From: Eledone cirrhosa
Taxonomy: Eukaryota
Reading direction: 5' to 3'
Assembly: GCA_964016885.1 (NCBI GenBank)
Contig: OZ024750.1
Coordinates: 46,748,001 to 46,812,000, forward strand
Length of the DNA stretch: 64,000 nt
Numbering within the stretch: position 1 is the stretch's first letter; every line of letters begins with the position of its first letter. Below, in pieces: positions 28,038 to 44,071 of this stretch. The notes under the pieces were generated by a model that saw only the letters and a list, made by a program, of their open reading frames with translations, ran no database searches and was not told the origin of the DNA. Made by a program: the position numbers and the translations under genes.

Positions 28038-28672
28038 CACATTATAGATATACGTATATATACATTATATAGTCAGTTCTTTCGTTGCTACGGACCCCGG
28101 CTGAATTACCGGTCGCTGTCTTCATTTTGCAAAGCCCTTTAAACTGTATGTTATTCCTCTGAGGTCCTATACCTTGTCGAGTGCTTGGCTGAGTATACCT
28201 TGTCGAGTGCTTGGCTGCACTGCTGAAGGCATTCATCCGCTTAGCTGAGGCTCTGGCTTCGAATATGGTGTACTTCTATTTGTATGACCATCTCCTAGAC
28301 CTAATGATTAATTGATTAATTTAATTGGACAATTCCATTGATTGGTTAATTATTTTGTTTGTTTAATAACGGTCTGGTTGAGTGTTTAATTCAGTTTGTT
28401 TATGGAACTTTTTCCACTGCTCATAATTTGAATTTGACCGCCAAAATCCTGAGTTAACTCCCTTTAGGGTAACATGTGCACACACAACTGAATTTGGTGT
28501 CAGAACGGATGGCCTGTTGAGAAAGTAAATCCACTGTTCGATTCTCCAGAAACTTAACTTGCATACACTGCAAGCAGATTTTGTTGATTTCGGACTGACA
28601 GAAACATAACTGAGATATTGCAAAATATTCGAAGTGATGTTCCAGGCGTGTTATATGTGTATATATATATAA

Positions 28673-28774
<102 letters not shown>

Positions 28775-28821
28775 TATATATATGTATATATATATATTAG
28801 GAAAATCTGCAATGTAGAATC

Positions 28822-28852
<31 letters not shown>

Positions 28853-29030
28853 CTGCATATAGATATATACATATTAGGAAAATCTGCATCGTAGAATCAA
28901 AACGTATCTGAAGACCTTGCGATTCAGGTTCAATCATCAGAACGATCGTGACTCGAGCAGCTGGCCAGAGAAATGATTGTAATATGTCCAATACATTCCA
29001 TTTGTCGCAACACTGATTCTTTTTTCTTCT

Positions 29031-29114
<84 letters not shown>

Positions 29115-29159
29115 TATGTATATATATATGTATATATAGATATACACATATATATATAC

Positions 29160-29192
<33 letters not shown>

Positions 29193-29195
29193 CAT

Positions 29196-29985
<790 letters not shown>

Positions 29986-29998
29986 ATATATACGTATA

Positions 29999-30217
<219 letters not shown>

Positions 30218-30247
30218 GCATATATTATCATTATTATTATTATATAA

Positions 30248-30428
30248 GGAGGTGGATTGGCAGCATCGGTAGAGGGTCGTAAGCCAGGCTTTCCAGCATT
30301 GTTACATCCCTTTATGATCCCTCGTAAAAATCGAGGTTGACTTTGCCTTTCATCCTTACGGGGTCGATAAAATAAAGTAACAGTAATGCACTGGGTAATT
30401 GCTGGCCTTGTGCCTAAAGTAGAAACAG
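30248..30428 (+). mobile_element. Deu/Nin-type SINE
   Basis: Collinear with 59481-59666, with the B-box region degraded. Confidence 0.78.
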
Positions 30429-30603
30429 TTAATTGCTCTAGTGACTACAGACACCAAAATGTTAGTCTTTGACCCTAGATTCACCTGTTGCGACCAGATT
30501 TAGGAATTCAGCAAATTATTCACTCCACCTTACGGCATGGCACTTCTCTTTATTGTATATTGTATCAAATTATCTGCATATTAATGTATATGTATGTATA
30601 TTT

Positions 30604-30820
30604 GTGAAGGCGTGTGGCTGATTGTTTAGAGAATTGGTTTCGTAATCGTAAGGTTGTCAGTTCGATTCCTGGACCCGGCGTTGCGTTATGTCCTTGAGCA
30701 AGATACTTTATTTCACGTTGCTCCTTCTAGCTGGAGTTGCGACCGAAAGATAGTCTTGGCAATTGGAAAGACCAACGGAAACATAGTTTCCGCGGTCCGA
30801 TTTGACGAAAGTCGATCGAC
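30604..30820 (+). mobile_element. Second tRNA-derived SINE family with CORE-like block
   Basis: tRNA-like head (gtggctga..gg/gttcgattcc) and gtccttgagcaagatacttta. Related copies at ~165-472 (-), 12023-12306 (+), 22770-22990 (+), 60390-60615 (+) and 61318-61520 (-). Confidence 0.75.
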
Positions 30821-30851
30821 GAAAAAAAAAAATATATATGTATATGAATGC

Positions 30852-30893
<42 letters not shown>

Positions 30894-30897
<4 letters not shown>

Positions 30898-31140
30898 GTA
30901 TACTTTGGGAGGGTCATGTTGCCAATAAGAATCACACTTCAATTTATTATAAATTAAATTTATAAATTTAGGGATTTATACATTTCCGGTTGGTTGGTTG
31001 GTTCCACAACCAGATGATTGTTCGTATATTGTCAAAGTTATTTCGTCACACATTATGTGACCTCTTCAGTGACTGGGGTTTCTTTTCTTTGTTTTTGTGC
31101 CTCTCCTTTGTTCTGTCCTACACCGTCTTGTTATTGTGTG
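30894..31140 (-). mobile_element. Solo element C-family terminal repeat with HHR
   Basis: Matches 37325-37589 in reverse. Minus strand reads agtca CTGAAGA g gtcac..gtgac GAAA taac TT tgac. Confidence 0.8.
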
Positions 31141-31394
31141 TATATGATTGTTTGCATGTGTATATAAATGGATTGTATTAAAATCATATAAATAATATAG
31201 ATATTTTGAAATATTTATATAATGCTGAAGTGTCTTAGATCATATATAATATATAAATGACATAGCTTTCATTACATTCTATAGTTTACAAAGAAATTGA
31301 ATTAGGAATCATATCTCTCATGAGAGTATAATTGATTATGTCACTGATTTCATTTCATAACTATAATATTGCATACAGAACAGATTATACTCTA

Positions 31395-31413
31395 TTTTTA
31401 TCATTGTTCTTTA

Positions 31414-31489
<76 letters not shown>

Positions 31490-31490
31490 G
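31395..31490. repeat. (TTA)n trinucleotide microsatellite
   Basis: Long uninterrupted tta run. Confidence 0.95.
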
Positions 31491-31634
31491 TTATCATTAT
31501 TTTCTTTTCATTATTTGTAATATTATTAGTATTATTGTTATTACTACTAATATTATAGATATGTAAAGAATGGTTAGGGAGTATTCCACGTGTATATATG
31601 AATGTAAAGATTCATAAGAAATATCCTATGTTGC

Positions 31635-31681
<47 letters not shown>

Positions 31682-31744
31682 TATATATCTATATCCACAA
31701 TTAAGATAAATGAAAATACATACATATATATACACACATACACC

Positions 31745-31776
<32 letters not shown>

Positions 31777-31860
31777 CAAACACATATATATACACACACA
31801 CATATTTATATATACATATATATACATACATATATACACATATGTATACATATACATATA

Positions 31861-31930
<70 letters not shown>

Positions 31931-31934
<4 letters not shown>

Positions 31935-32333
31935 TACACGGGAGTGTATGATTGTGTAAAGAAGATTATATTAATAAGAGGAATTCCAACTTTGTCTGAT
32001 TTACTCGTTTTATTTAAAATCCTTTAAAATGTATAATAGTATTATAATGAAATAGTATGATAGAATATTAAATGTTAAGTGTTAATTGAACAAGTACTTT
32101 CATGCTTTCGCAATCTTCAGGTTCATAATGCGTAGCGACAGTCAAGTTTACAATTTTCAACTGACAGTTGAAAATTGTAAACCTGAAGATTGCGAAAGCA
32201 TGAAAGTACTTGTTCAATTAACACTTAACATTTAATATTCTATCATACTATTTCATTATAATACCATTATACATTTTAAAGGATTTTAAATAAAACGTGT
32301 AAATCAGACAAAGTTGGAATTCCTCTTATTAAT

Positions 32334-32335
<2 letters not shown>
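31931..32335 (+). mobile_element. Non-coding fold-back copy of the element A terminal repeat
   Basis: It has the same tail (atacacgg..tgtatgattgtgta.agaagat) and arm sequence as 41251-41480. The hairpin centre is ~32164, both arms hold the element A HHR, and it is flanked by (TA)n. Confidence 0.9.
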
Positions 32336-32380
<45 letters not shown>

Positions 32381-32381
<1 letters not shown>

Positions 32382-32706
32382 GATATTAATAAATGGGAAC
32401 TATATTTATAAAACCATATTTATTTCATTATACATATTTCAGGGATACCAAATTAAATTATGGTTGCATTTTAATAGTCAAAGCTTAATTGTAAAACTGT
32501 TATATATTGTATTTTGTCTGATGAAGGCATACCATAATTTAATTTGGTATCCCTGAAATATGTATAATGAAATAAATATGGTTTTATAAATATAGTTTCC
32601 ATTTATTAATATCGTATATCTACTCCAAATACTTGTCGAGTGCTTTATATCAGTTATAAAAATATTTACTTGTTGTATCCCAACAATTTTAAATAGAACT
32701 TTTGAA
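32381..32706 (-). mobile_element. Fold-back PLE terminal fragment (arms 32381-32464 and 32531-32614, right tail)
   Basis: Inverted repeat in (TA)n with an HHR at 32511-32573. A related solo copy is at 9491-9960. Confidence 0.75.
32511..32573 (+). ncRNA. Minimal hammerhead ribozyme (same stem I/III as 9636, different stem II)
   Basis: attttgt-CTGATGA-aggcatacca(taatttaatt)tggtatccct-GAAA-tatgta-TA-atgaaat. Confidence 0.8.
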
Positions 32707-32710
32707 TATA

Positions 32711-32808
<98 letters not shown>

Positions 32809-33607
32809 TTATATATAGATATACATACTTATATATACATATATATTTATGAAAACAAAGATTATTAAGAGCCCGCAGTAACATTATCAGGCATCTTATA
32901 CTTGACTAGTTATAAAATCAAGTATTCTAAACAAAGTCATAGAATCTTTCTGAAAATACACAATGAAAGCCAAGTAAAACATCATTCACATTTTAACTTC
33001 TAATATACGAGACATTATTTATTATCGTCTGAAATCTTTACAGTAATTATCTGTCTTTAGTATGTGTACGAATTTCCCTTACCTATATACCTATACATAA
33101 TTACGTATCTATGATTGCTTATCCATGTATCAAATCTTTCGGCAATATCATTTGTGTCTTGAATAAATTCAATATTCTGTCATCTTTGCACTATTTAATC
33201 TATTTTGTTTGTTTTTCCACACAGCAAACACCTGTGATATTTATTTAACTTGCTATAATATCATGAGAAATTCACAAATGTTAACGTGTAAAACACACTT
33301 ATAAATATATCAAAAGAATACATATATATTTTTTTTCAGACTATGTATAATAGAGTTGACTGAATGAACACTAGTAAATATAACTTTAACTTTTTCCAGG
33401 TTTGGCACAAGGCCAGGGTTGTAGGTAAACGTTGGTTATCTCAACCAAATTACTTAACTGGTACATACTTTTATCAGGCTTGGTAGAGTGAAATCTAAAG
33501 TTGACCTCGGTGGGATTTGAATTCAGGACGAGAAAAGCAGAGACTAAATAGTGCAAAACATTTTGTCCGATATTCTTCTAAACCTGGTAATCCATCGTAA
33601 ACATAAT

Positions 33608-33783
33608 AATTATTTTTACTTTTGGCACAAGGCTAGCAATTACCCAGTACATTACTGGTAGTTTATTTTATCGACCCCGTAAGGATGATTAGCAAAGTTA
33701 ACCTCGGCGGGATTTGAACTCAGAATGGCAAGGGCCGTAACTCTATGCGTCAAAGCATGGCGTATGACCCTCTAGCGATACTG
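33608..33783 (-). mobile_element. Deu/Nin-type SINE
   Basis: Reverse complement of the family consensus. Confidence 0.8.
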
Positions 33784-34003
33784 GACAGCAATTAATTTTA
33801 TTCCATATAGATATCAATTATAGAAGACATTACAGACATAGGTTACAACCTCAATGTGTGAGTTTATAATCAAATCAGTAAGATAGATAAAGTAAAATTA
33901 TACTTAGTATAATTATTATGTATATTAGGATATACAAGTATGTATCGTATGGAATCTATATGCTACGTCTACTTGGGTCAAGTTCAGGAAATCATTAGAT
34001 ATA

Positions 34004-34457
34004 CTAGCAGAAAAACCAACCTTTGCGTGGTTTTTTCTGCTAGCATGTGTAGTGTGTAGATTGATATTATACGCAAGTATATATACATGTAGATATGATA
34101 CATCAAATAAAATCGTAATTGACAATATAAACAGAAATTGAGCGAAGATTGTGTTACACTGCCTTATGTAATCAGTAACGCAATCCATGATACATTAAAA
34201 AAGACGATATTATATATAAACTGCATTAGGAGAACATTAGTGACAGAAAATTAATATGTTTATTTAAGCGATCGCCACCGGAAGTGTTGACATTAGAAAG
34301 TTTTAAAGAACTGAATCTTTAAATAAATAATAAAATATATTTAATCAACAGCCACGAAATTTAGTAGGTACATTATGTAATATTCGTTCATTACTAATGG
34401 GATAAAAAATTATAAACTGTACGCATTCCTGCACTTCTTACTTTATTATAATTTAGA
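34004..34457 (-). mobile_element. Possible non-autonomous Helitron
   Basis: The minus strand would start A|TC (tctaaattataataaag) and end CTAG|T, with a short hairpin (aacc-acgcaaa-ggtt) before the end. Confidence 0.35.
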
Positions 34458-35421
34458 TGACCATCTTGAATAGGATCGATGAGTGCTCAGTCACAAATAT
34501 TTGTGACTAACGTACAGACATATGGTGATTGTAGACACATAAATGATGAATGTATTGTAAATGTGAAGTGAATTCAAGTGTGTTTGTAATTGTGTATAGC
34601 TAAAATTGCATATCCATAATGTAATTGCATTATTTTCAATAGACGGTGTCCATTTAATCTATTTACCAGACGAAAACAAAACCGGAATATCTTTATAGAG
34701 CATTACATACACAAAGTTATTGTTTATTGAAAATTTAGACAATTCCACATAATGACGGATATTTCTTGTGATATCTCAGAACATGTTAATATGATTTAGG
34801 TTGCTTAACATTGACATTCAGCATACTCAAGTCGATAAAATATCCACTGGCACTGTACCACAGGCTGTTCAATCAAGTTTATCATATCAATACACATTTA
34901 TAGCAATGTGCCAATTGATAAAATCAATATATTGTACGTTGTCTGAAATAATGACAACGTTAACAATATGAATAAAAACGACCGATTAAAGATTGGGTCA
35001 GTTTCAAGAATACATTCAATTTTCTGAAAATATTCTCAGGAATTTTTAGTATCGTTCGTATTATTTCAAGTTATATTCCACAGTATATATTACGCTATGG
35101 AGAGTAACTCAACTGTAAAATTAGAGACATTGCGGTATTTATTCCAGTACTTTGTATTACAACCGAGACCCACTGGTTCGTACATACTTTCTGTGTCACC
35201 AAAAGGAAGTACCAGATTAGGGTTATTCTTTCGTAGAATAACCAGAGCTTCAGGTGGGATTCTTTCCGCTATAGTTATATAATAGAAACTGAAATTTCCA
35301 TATAGTTACCCCAATAAATAATATTCAGGGTAAATAACGCAATATCTGATGAATACTCACGTATAGATACAACATTTTATATGTATATAACAAAATGGGA
35401 GTGGAAAGAAACCAAGTGGAC

Positions 35422-35505
<84 letters not shown>

Positions 35506-35509
<4 letters not shown>

Positions 35510-35727
35510 AACAAGTAGGACCCCGACGGCTGAGCTCAAGCCGCTTCGACGGCTTATTCAGGACTAAAATAAATAGTCCAGAATAGTTCTAGTCCAGAAT
35601 TAGCCGTCGAAACGGCTTGAGCTCAGCCGTCGGGGTCCTACTCGTTTCTATTACCCACTCTACTACCCTAAGTATTGAGTACTTTGGTGCGTTATGGTCC
35701 ACCTGGTTCCTTACCACATTTCCTCCG

Positions 35728-35731
<4 letters not shown>
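35506..35731 (-). mobile_element. Second copy of the 27501 fold-back family (opposite orientation)
   Basis: Inverted arms plus a tail that is the reverse complement of 27501-27583. Confidence 0.75.
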
Positions 35732-35765
<34 letters not shown>

Positions 35766-35768
<3 letters not shown>

Positions 35769-36204
35769 AAAAGGAAAATAATTACTTCACTTGTAGTGCT
35801 AAATAATTTGATTTAATTTCATAATATTATAACATTATGAGTTGCTAGATCTAGTAAGTTCTTCATTAACTTCGGTGGAAAGATGTTTAAAGATTCCTGG
35901 TTAACTTTCTTGGAGAACATTCTCCCATTCGTCAGTGGCGATTGTCAAACTAAGATCAGGTTGTGTTGTGATGTGTGACCATATACAAGGGAGATTTGGA
36001 TGTGTCTCGGGTGTGGGGTGCGGTGTTAATGAGTGTTGATGACACTCATCAACACTCCTTAACACCGAACACAGGCACATTCAAAATTCTCTTATATATA
36101 GAGTCACACATCACAACACAACCTGATCTGTGTTTGACAATCGCCACCGACGAATGCGAGAAAGTTCCCCAAGAAAGTTAACCAGGAATATTTAGAAATC
36201 TTCC
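35766..36204 (+). mobile_element. Diverged fold-back element (centre ~36040) with degenerate HHR-like motif
   Basis: Arms ~35877-36040 and 36045-36204, reading C(T/C)GACGA...GAAA-gttaac in the arms. Confidence 0.55.
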
Positions 36205-36229
36205 TTTTTTTCAAATAAATATACATATA

Positions 36230-37931
<1,702 letters not shown>

Positions 37932-37936
37932 TATAT

Positions 37937-37969
<33 letters not shown>

Positions 37970-37994
37970 ATAATTATATATATATATATATATA

Positions 37995-38916
37995 AAGAAT
38001 GAATAATAACAGGTAGACATCATAAAAAGGTAATTTATTCCGTGTGCTTACAAATGTTTCCACGGTGGTACTACAGCCTAGTTATGCTTGTGCAAATTTA
38101 CAAGTATTTGCAGAACTCAAATATCCAATGCTGTGACCACTGTTTCCTCAGAGCAGAATGGTAAAATGTACGATGTAAATACCCTTAAGTGGGGTTGTTG
38201 GGGAAGATAGAGTAGAAAAGGAAGAGAGAAAAGTAGGGGAGAGGGAGAGAGAGAGAGAGAGAGATATGCAGGGGTTGGAGAAGTAGGAGAGAGTGGTTTG
38301 TAGATATCTTAATCAAAATGTTATGGTAGGGGTTTTATTATACTGGTTACTTGTGGAGAGATGCGTTGATAGTTAAGGTCAGAATTATTTATTGCCCCAG
38401 AGGCAGGTTCATAGATGTGGAGAGGGAGGTAGGCCAAAGGCGAGATATAGAGAGTGTATGGATGTAGAGTGAGAGGTAGAAAGGGGACAGATGAAGTTTA
38501 TGTGGTGAGTGAACTTTGGGTTTGTAGTAGTAATATGTGGATTGCACTAAGTTACTATTTATAGTGATCAGCAGTGTATTGTCTTGTAGTGTGGGGGAAG
38601 AGAAGGTGGTTCGCTAGAAAGCGATGTTATAGTTACGGGTTCGAATGTTAAGTTATTTTATCGTGAGAACGAGATTAGCTTTTAATCGTTCAATTCTAAC
38701 GTTAAGTAGTTTGTTTTTTGGATTTTAATATGTACAAGAGTTCAAGGTTACATAACCTGCAGTACTTTAATCCACTCCGATATGCACTTGCGCTGGAAAG
38801 TATATCCCATTTTAAGGTGAACTGTTAGTTGCGTTCACGGAGTTGCCAGGTCTTGTTGGCGAGCGTGGTCACAAAACGGTGATTAGGATGTTTACATCCT
38901 AATCACCGTTTTGTGA
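37995..38916 (-). mobile_element. Degenerate PLE F: GIY-YIG C-terminus plus terminal repeat with HHR
   Basis: Minus strand 38890-38700 reads HPNHRFVTTLANKTWQLRERN*QFTLKWDILSSASAYRSGLKYCRLCNLELLYILK, the PLE endonuclease tail. HHR at 38045-38155 and a 22-bp fold-back at the 5' break. Confidence 0.75.
38045..38155 (-). ncRNA. Hammerhead ribozyme with long stem II (element F)
   Basis: tgct-CTGAGGA-aacagtggtcacagc...gctgtagtaccaccgtg-GAAA-catttg-TA-agca. Confidence 0.7.
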
Positions 38917-38964
38917 TAGGGATACCTGCCCGCACACACCCTCCTGTCTCACATTTTCCTTCTG

Positions 38965-39445
38965 ACTCTCTCTCTCTCTCTCTCTGAATAACTAACACTT
39001 TAATTGTATCTCTCTCTGTCTAACGGCCTATCTCTCTCTAAAACTAAAACTGTTGTCATATAGAGAGCGAAGAGCGACAGAGAGAGTAAAGCAGTTAAAT
39101 TATAGATAGGGGGGGGGGGGGTGATCTTACATACATACATATTAAGTGTAGATATGTGTGTGTGTGTGTGTTTGTGTACGTGTAAGTGTGTTTGTGTATG
39201 TGTGTATGTGCATGTGTGTGTCTGTGTGTTTTGTTCTGCATTAGGCGAAATCAGGTGTGAAAGTATGTGTATTTGTGTGTGTGTTACTTATGCGAGCGAC
39301 GACAGATGAAAGATATTCGACGGATATAAACGTTATTTTTAATCACCGCTACATTTGATCATACACATTGTTTATTTCAAAATTATTTTAAGCCGAAACT
39401 TGACTTAACGTCATTGGAAAACGGTCACTTGATGCTCCCCCTCTG

Positions 39446-39505
<60 letters not shown>

Positions 39506-40300
39506 CTCCCTGAATAACTAACACTTTAATTGTATCTCTCTCTGTCTAACGGCCTATCTCTCGCTTTCCCCCTCCCTCTCTTTGTCTCTCTCTCTCTGTA
39601 GATGTGTGTGTGTAGTTTTCCGAATCTTACTCCAAATCTCTCTCTTTCTGTCTCTCTTTCTCTCTCTCTCTCTCTCTATGTGTATATATTGAAGGGAGAT
39701 ACGGAAACTAAAACGTTGTTGTTATATATAGAGTGAAGAGCGACAGCGAGAGTAAAGCAGTTAAATTATAGAGAGGGGGAAATGATCTATTATAGAGAGA
39801 GGGAAGTGCGACGGAGNNNNNNNNNNNNNNNNNNNNNNNNNNNNNNNNNNNNNNNNNNNNNNNNNNNNNNNNNNNNNNNNNNNNNNNNNNNNNNNNNNNN
39901 NNNNNNNNNNNNNNNNNNNNNNNNNNNNNNNNNNNNNNNNNNNNNNNNNNNNNNNNNNNNNNNNNNNNNNNNNNNNNNNNNNNNNNNNNNNNNNNNNNNN
40001 NNNNNNNNNNNNNNNNTGGGGGGGGGTATGTGTGTATGTGTGTGTGTGGGTGTGTAGGTGTGTATTACTTATGTGAGCGACGACAGATGATTGAAGGGAG
40101 ATACGGATAAAACAGTGTTGTCATATAGAGTGCGGAGAGCGATAGAGAGAATAAAGCAGTTACATTATAGAGATGGGGGTATGATCTATTATAGAGAGAG
40201 GGAAGAGCGACGGAGAGAGTAAAGCTAAGAACTTATGGGGGGGGGGGGGTGTAGGATACATACATACATAATACACACGACGCTCGGCTTTATAATATTA
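38965..40300. repeat. Internally repeated GA/CT-rich element spanning the assembly gap
   Basis: The block ctgaataactaacactttaattgtatc occurs twice, and gagcgacag.gagagtaaagcagttaaattatagag three to four times. Confidence 0.6.
39817..40016. other. Assembly gap (200 N)
   Basis: Run of N. Confidence 1.
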
Positions 40301-40389
40301 TATATATACATAGAGAGAGAGAGAGGAAGCGAGAGAGAGAGAGACAGCAGTGTATTAATAAATAAATAATTATGTATATATATTTATAT

Positions 40390-40420
<31 letters not shown>

Positions 40421-40484
40421 ATATATATATATATTTATATGCACACACATATATATATATACATATATATATATATATTTATAT

Positions 40485-40618
<134 letters not shown>

Positions 40619-42556
40619 AACTGAAGTTATTTTACAGCAAAATAAAAAAAATAATGACAGCAAAAACTAAACGTACGACGATGGGGAAGACGAAATCTTG
40701 AGAAGAAAGAATCAACAAAAGGAAGATAACCGAATTGAAAGAATGATACAAAGATTTCGTATTCCGATAAATTGTGTTATACAAACCAGGCTTAAGTACG
40801 TTAGTAACTAATACACCATTAACATCAGCTTTCATCTTAACAGATTTGGATCAGAATACGCTATTCCGTTAGTGAAGTATGTACAGACGAAAAGTTTCGA
40901 CGTTGAATTTTCTGGTAGCTAAAGGTTCTGTTGGCTATGTTAACGAAACTTTTTTTTTTATCGATTTATATAATGGTAAAGCAAATATAACAGTAAATTT
41001 CGATCAACTTCAATCATACCGGAAAGATGGGGAAGTCTAGAGAAAATATTTTATATCAATCTTTACTACGGATTCGACTGAAAGTACGAGGCTACATTAT
41101 ATATTCGGCTAAAGAGAAAGATATGAGTGTGTGGATACATGTAGAGACGTTCACAAGCAAACACATTCATATATACACAGAAACAGACACGCAAATATAT
41201 ACATATATGTATGTATATATATATATATATATAGATATAGATAGGTAAATATACACGGTGTGTATGATTGTGTATAGAAGATTATATTAATAAGAGGAAT
41301 TCCAACTTTGTCTGATTTACTCGTTTTATTTACAATCCTTTAAAATATATATAATGGTATTATAATGAAATAGTATGATAGAATATTAAATTCTAAGTGT
41401 TAATTGAACAAGTACTTTCATGCTTTCGCAATCTTCAGGTTCATGATATGTGGTGACAGTCGAGTTTGCAATTTTCAACTGTAATGAGATGGGTAAATTT
41501 CCTACCTTTTATACATTTTATACAGAGAAAAGTGGCTCCAGAATGCAAAGCCCTGTAAACTGTATTTCGACCAATCAGTGTGTAGTTACACTGAATTACT
41601 ACAGCTGATTGGTTTAAGCGTCACGGCTGGTTGAGCATGCTAACGACCAATAGTCATATCCAACGTATCAATTGTTTTGCTTTTTTGAAATGATGAAAAT
41701 AGCATTTTCTATTAATCATCACCATCAACATCACTTTTATTATTATTATTATTGTTGTTGTTGTTGTTGTTAGTGGTCGTGGTCATAGTGGTAGTAGAAG
41801 TAATACCCCTAGGCGTTATTATTGTTCATTTAGCTTGGGTTTGAATTTATCAATAAAATTCTTTTCTTTGATTTTTCTCTTGATTTCATTTGGGCTGTGT
41901 AATTTGTAGAATGGGAATATTATAAATATTCCCTGACCACATGTTGCCAGGTGGCCGCTTAGGGGTATCTGACGGACATTTGGTCTCTGATTTGTTGACG
42001 GTGTACCCGTGCACGTTCCGATAGTGCATTTCCAGTTTGACCGACATATAGTTCTTCACAATTCGGGCATTTAATGCAGTAAATTAGATTTCTGCTTCTT
42101 TGCAGTTCATATTTGCATTTGTGAATATTTTTCCAGTTTTTGTTTTCATATATTGACCGGCGTGTATGGATTGACATGTGCCGCATCGATTATCATTGCA
42201 TTTAGATCAGTGAATGATTGGTCTTTGTTGTTAAGGTCAAACTTTGCTTTTGTTAGCAATTGCTTCAAATTTTTTGGCTGTCTTTTACTAAGTGTCAAAG
42301 ATCGATCTGTGATTAAGCCTTTTAATTCATTACTTTGAGCAATGATCGGTAGGTTTGCTTTGGCAGTGTTGAAGATATTCTGGTGACATGGGTTGTGTGT
42401 CATTATAAATGGTATGACCAGTTCTTGGTTTCTTCTTCTTTGGGTTGTTCTAAGTTGTTGTATAGGTATTTTTATAGCCAGTACATTTTATAGTGAGTAC
42501 ATTAAATTATTACACCCAAAAGACTTAAAACTTAGACCTATTATAGCTGGTCCAAC

Positions 42557-44071
42557 ATGCCCACTCACCGTCTAAGCAATTTTGTTGACATTATTTTGAA
42601 ACCACTATGTATTCACATACCCAGTTTCATCCGGGATGATATCGACTTCCTGTCCCATCTTCCCAAAACCACGGAAACGAATTCACTTCTACTCAGTTTT
42701 GATGTGGTAAGCCTTTACACCAACATTACACATGATTTAGGAATAAAGGCGGTTAAATACTGGGTGGAAAAACATAGAGAAGTGATTCCCATTATATTCA
42801 CAGCGCCATTTATATTAGACGCAGTTAAACTTATTCTGGAAAACAACACTTTCTTCTTCAATGGAAAGAATTACATCCAAATTAGAGGCACAGCGATGGG
42901 AACGAAGTTTGCTCCCGTTTACGCGAACTCTGTAATGGGATACTTAGAACAACAACTCTACCAAGAAATAGAGGAAAAATATAGTACTGACTTTAGAAAG
43001 TACATTGAAAAATCTTGGAAGAGATACCTTGACGACTGTTTCATCATCTGGACAGAATCTCTAGATACTCTGGATGACTTCAATATCCTCCTGAATAACC
43101 TACACCCATCTCTCCAATTCACAAAAGAGATGAGTAGGACCAAATTACCATTCCTAGATATAATGATAATCAAAAACGACACCACCATTACCACGGATAT
43201 ATATTATAAACACACAGACACCCATCAATATCTGAATTTTAAGTCGTGCCATCCACCTCATACAAAACGCAACATCCCATACTGCCTAGTCAGAAGAATT
43301 TGTACCATTGTAGAAGATACGAATACCAGGTACAAACGCCTAACAGAACTAAGAGAATTTTTGCTCAAACAAAAATACCCATCTCTACTTATAGAAAATG
43401 GCATACAGCGGGCTATAAAAATACCTATACAACAACTTAGAACAACCCAAAGAAGAAGAAACCAAGAACTGGTCATACCATTTATAATGACACACAACCC
43501 ATGTCACCAGAATATCTTCAACACTGCCAAAGCAAACCTACCGATCATTGCTCAAAGTAATGAATTAAAAGGCTTAATCACAGATCGATCTTTGACTCTT
43601 AGTAAAAGACAGCCAAAAAATTTGAAGCAATTGCTAACAAAAGCAAAGTTTGACCTTAACAACAAAGACCAATCATTCACTGTATCTAAATGCAATGATA
43701 ATCGATGCGGCACATGTCAATCCATACACGCCGGTCAATATATGAAAACAAAAACTGGAAAAATATTCACAAATGCAAATATGAACTGCAAAAGCAGAAA
43801 TCTAATTTACTGCATTAAATGCCCGAATTGTGAAGAACTATATGTCGGTCAAACTGGAAATGCACTATCGGAACGTGCACGGGTACACCGTCAACAAATC
43901 AGAGACCCAAATGTCCGTCAGATACCCCTAAGCGGCCACCTGGCAACATGTGGTCAGGGAATATTTATAATATTCCCATTCTACAAATTACACAGCCCAA
44001 ATGAAATCAAGAGAACAATCAAAGAAAAGAATTTTATTGATAAATTCAAACCCAAGCTAAATGAACAATAA
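42557..44071 (+). CDS. PLE reverse transcriptase plus GIY-YIG endonuclease (N-terminally truncated, frameshift near 42560)
   Basis: 504-aa ORF with RT motifs SFDVVSLYTNI, GTAMGTKFAPVYAN, WKRYLDD, LPFLD and YYKHTD, then a Cys-rich linker and NLIYCIKC..C..LYVGQT...R...H. The upstream LRPIIAGP motif lies in another frame. Confidence 0.93.
   Translation: MPTHRLSNFVDIILKPLCIHIPSFIRDDIDFLSHLPKTTETNSLLLSFDVVSLYTNITHDLGIKAVKYWVEKHREVIPIIFTAPFILDAVKLILENNTFFFNGKNYIQIRGTAMGTKFAPVYANSVMGYLEQQLYQEIEEKYSTDFRKYIEKSWKRYLDDCFIIWTESLDTLDDFNILLNNLHPSLQFTKEMSRTKLPFLDIMIIKNDTTITTDIYYKHTDTHQYLNFKSCHPPHTKRNIPYCLVRRICTIVEDTNTRYKRLTELREFLLKQKYPSLLIENGIQRAIKIPIQQLRTTQRRRNQELVIPFIMTHNPCHQNIFNTAKANLPIIAQSNELKGLITDRSLTLSKRQPKNLKQLLTKAKFDLNNKDQSFTVSKCNDNRCGTCQSIHAGQYMKTKTGKIFTNANMNCKSRNLIYCIKCPNCEELYVGQTGNALSERARVHRQQIRDPNVRQIPLSGHLATCGQGIFIIFPFYKLHSPNEIKRTIKEKNFIDKFKPKLNEQ

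Noticed and set aside
28885-28945. HHR-like strings at ~28890-28945, 10545-10605, 17145-17335 and 48340-48405 (minus)
   Set aside because: They have multiple core changes or no stem I. They are possibly decayed PLE termini but not supportable.
41959-42403. Minus-strand ORFs as a second PLE gene; likewise 62073-62384, 63159-63581 and 61759-62025
   Set aside because: They are the inverted duplicate arm or antisense frames of the same elements.
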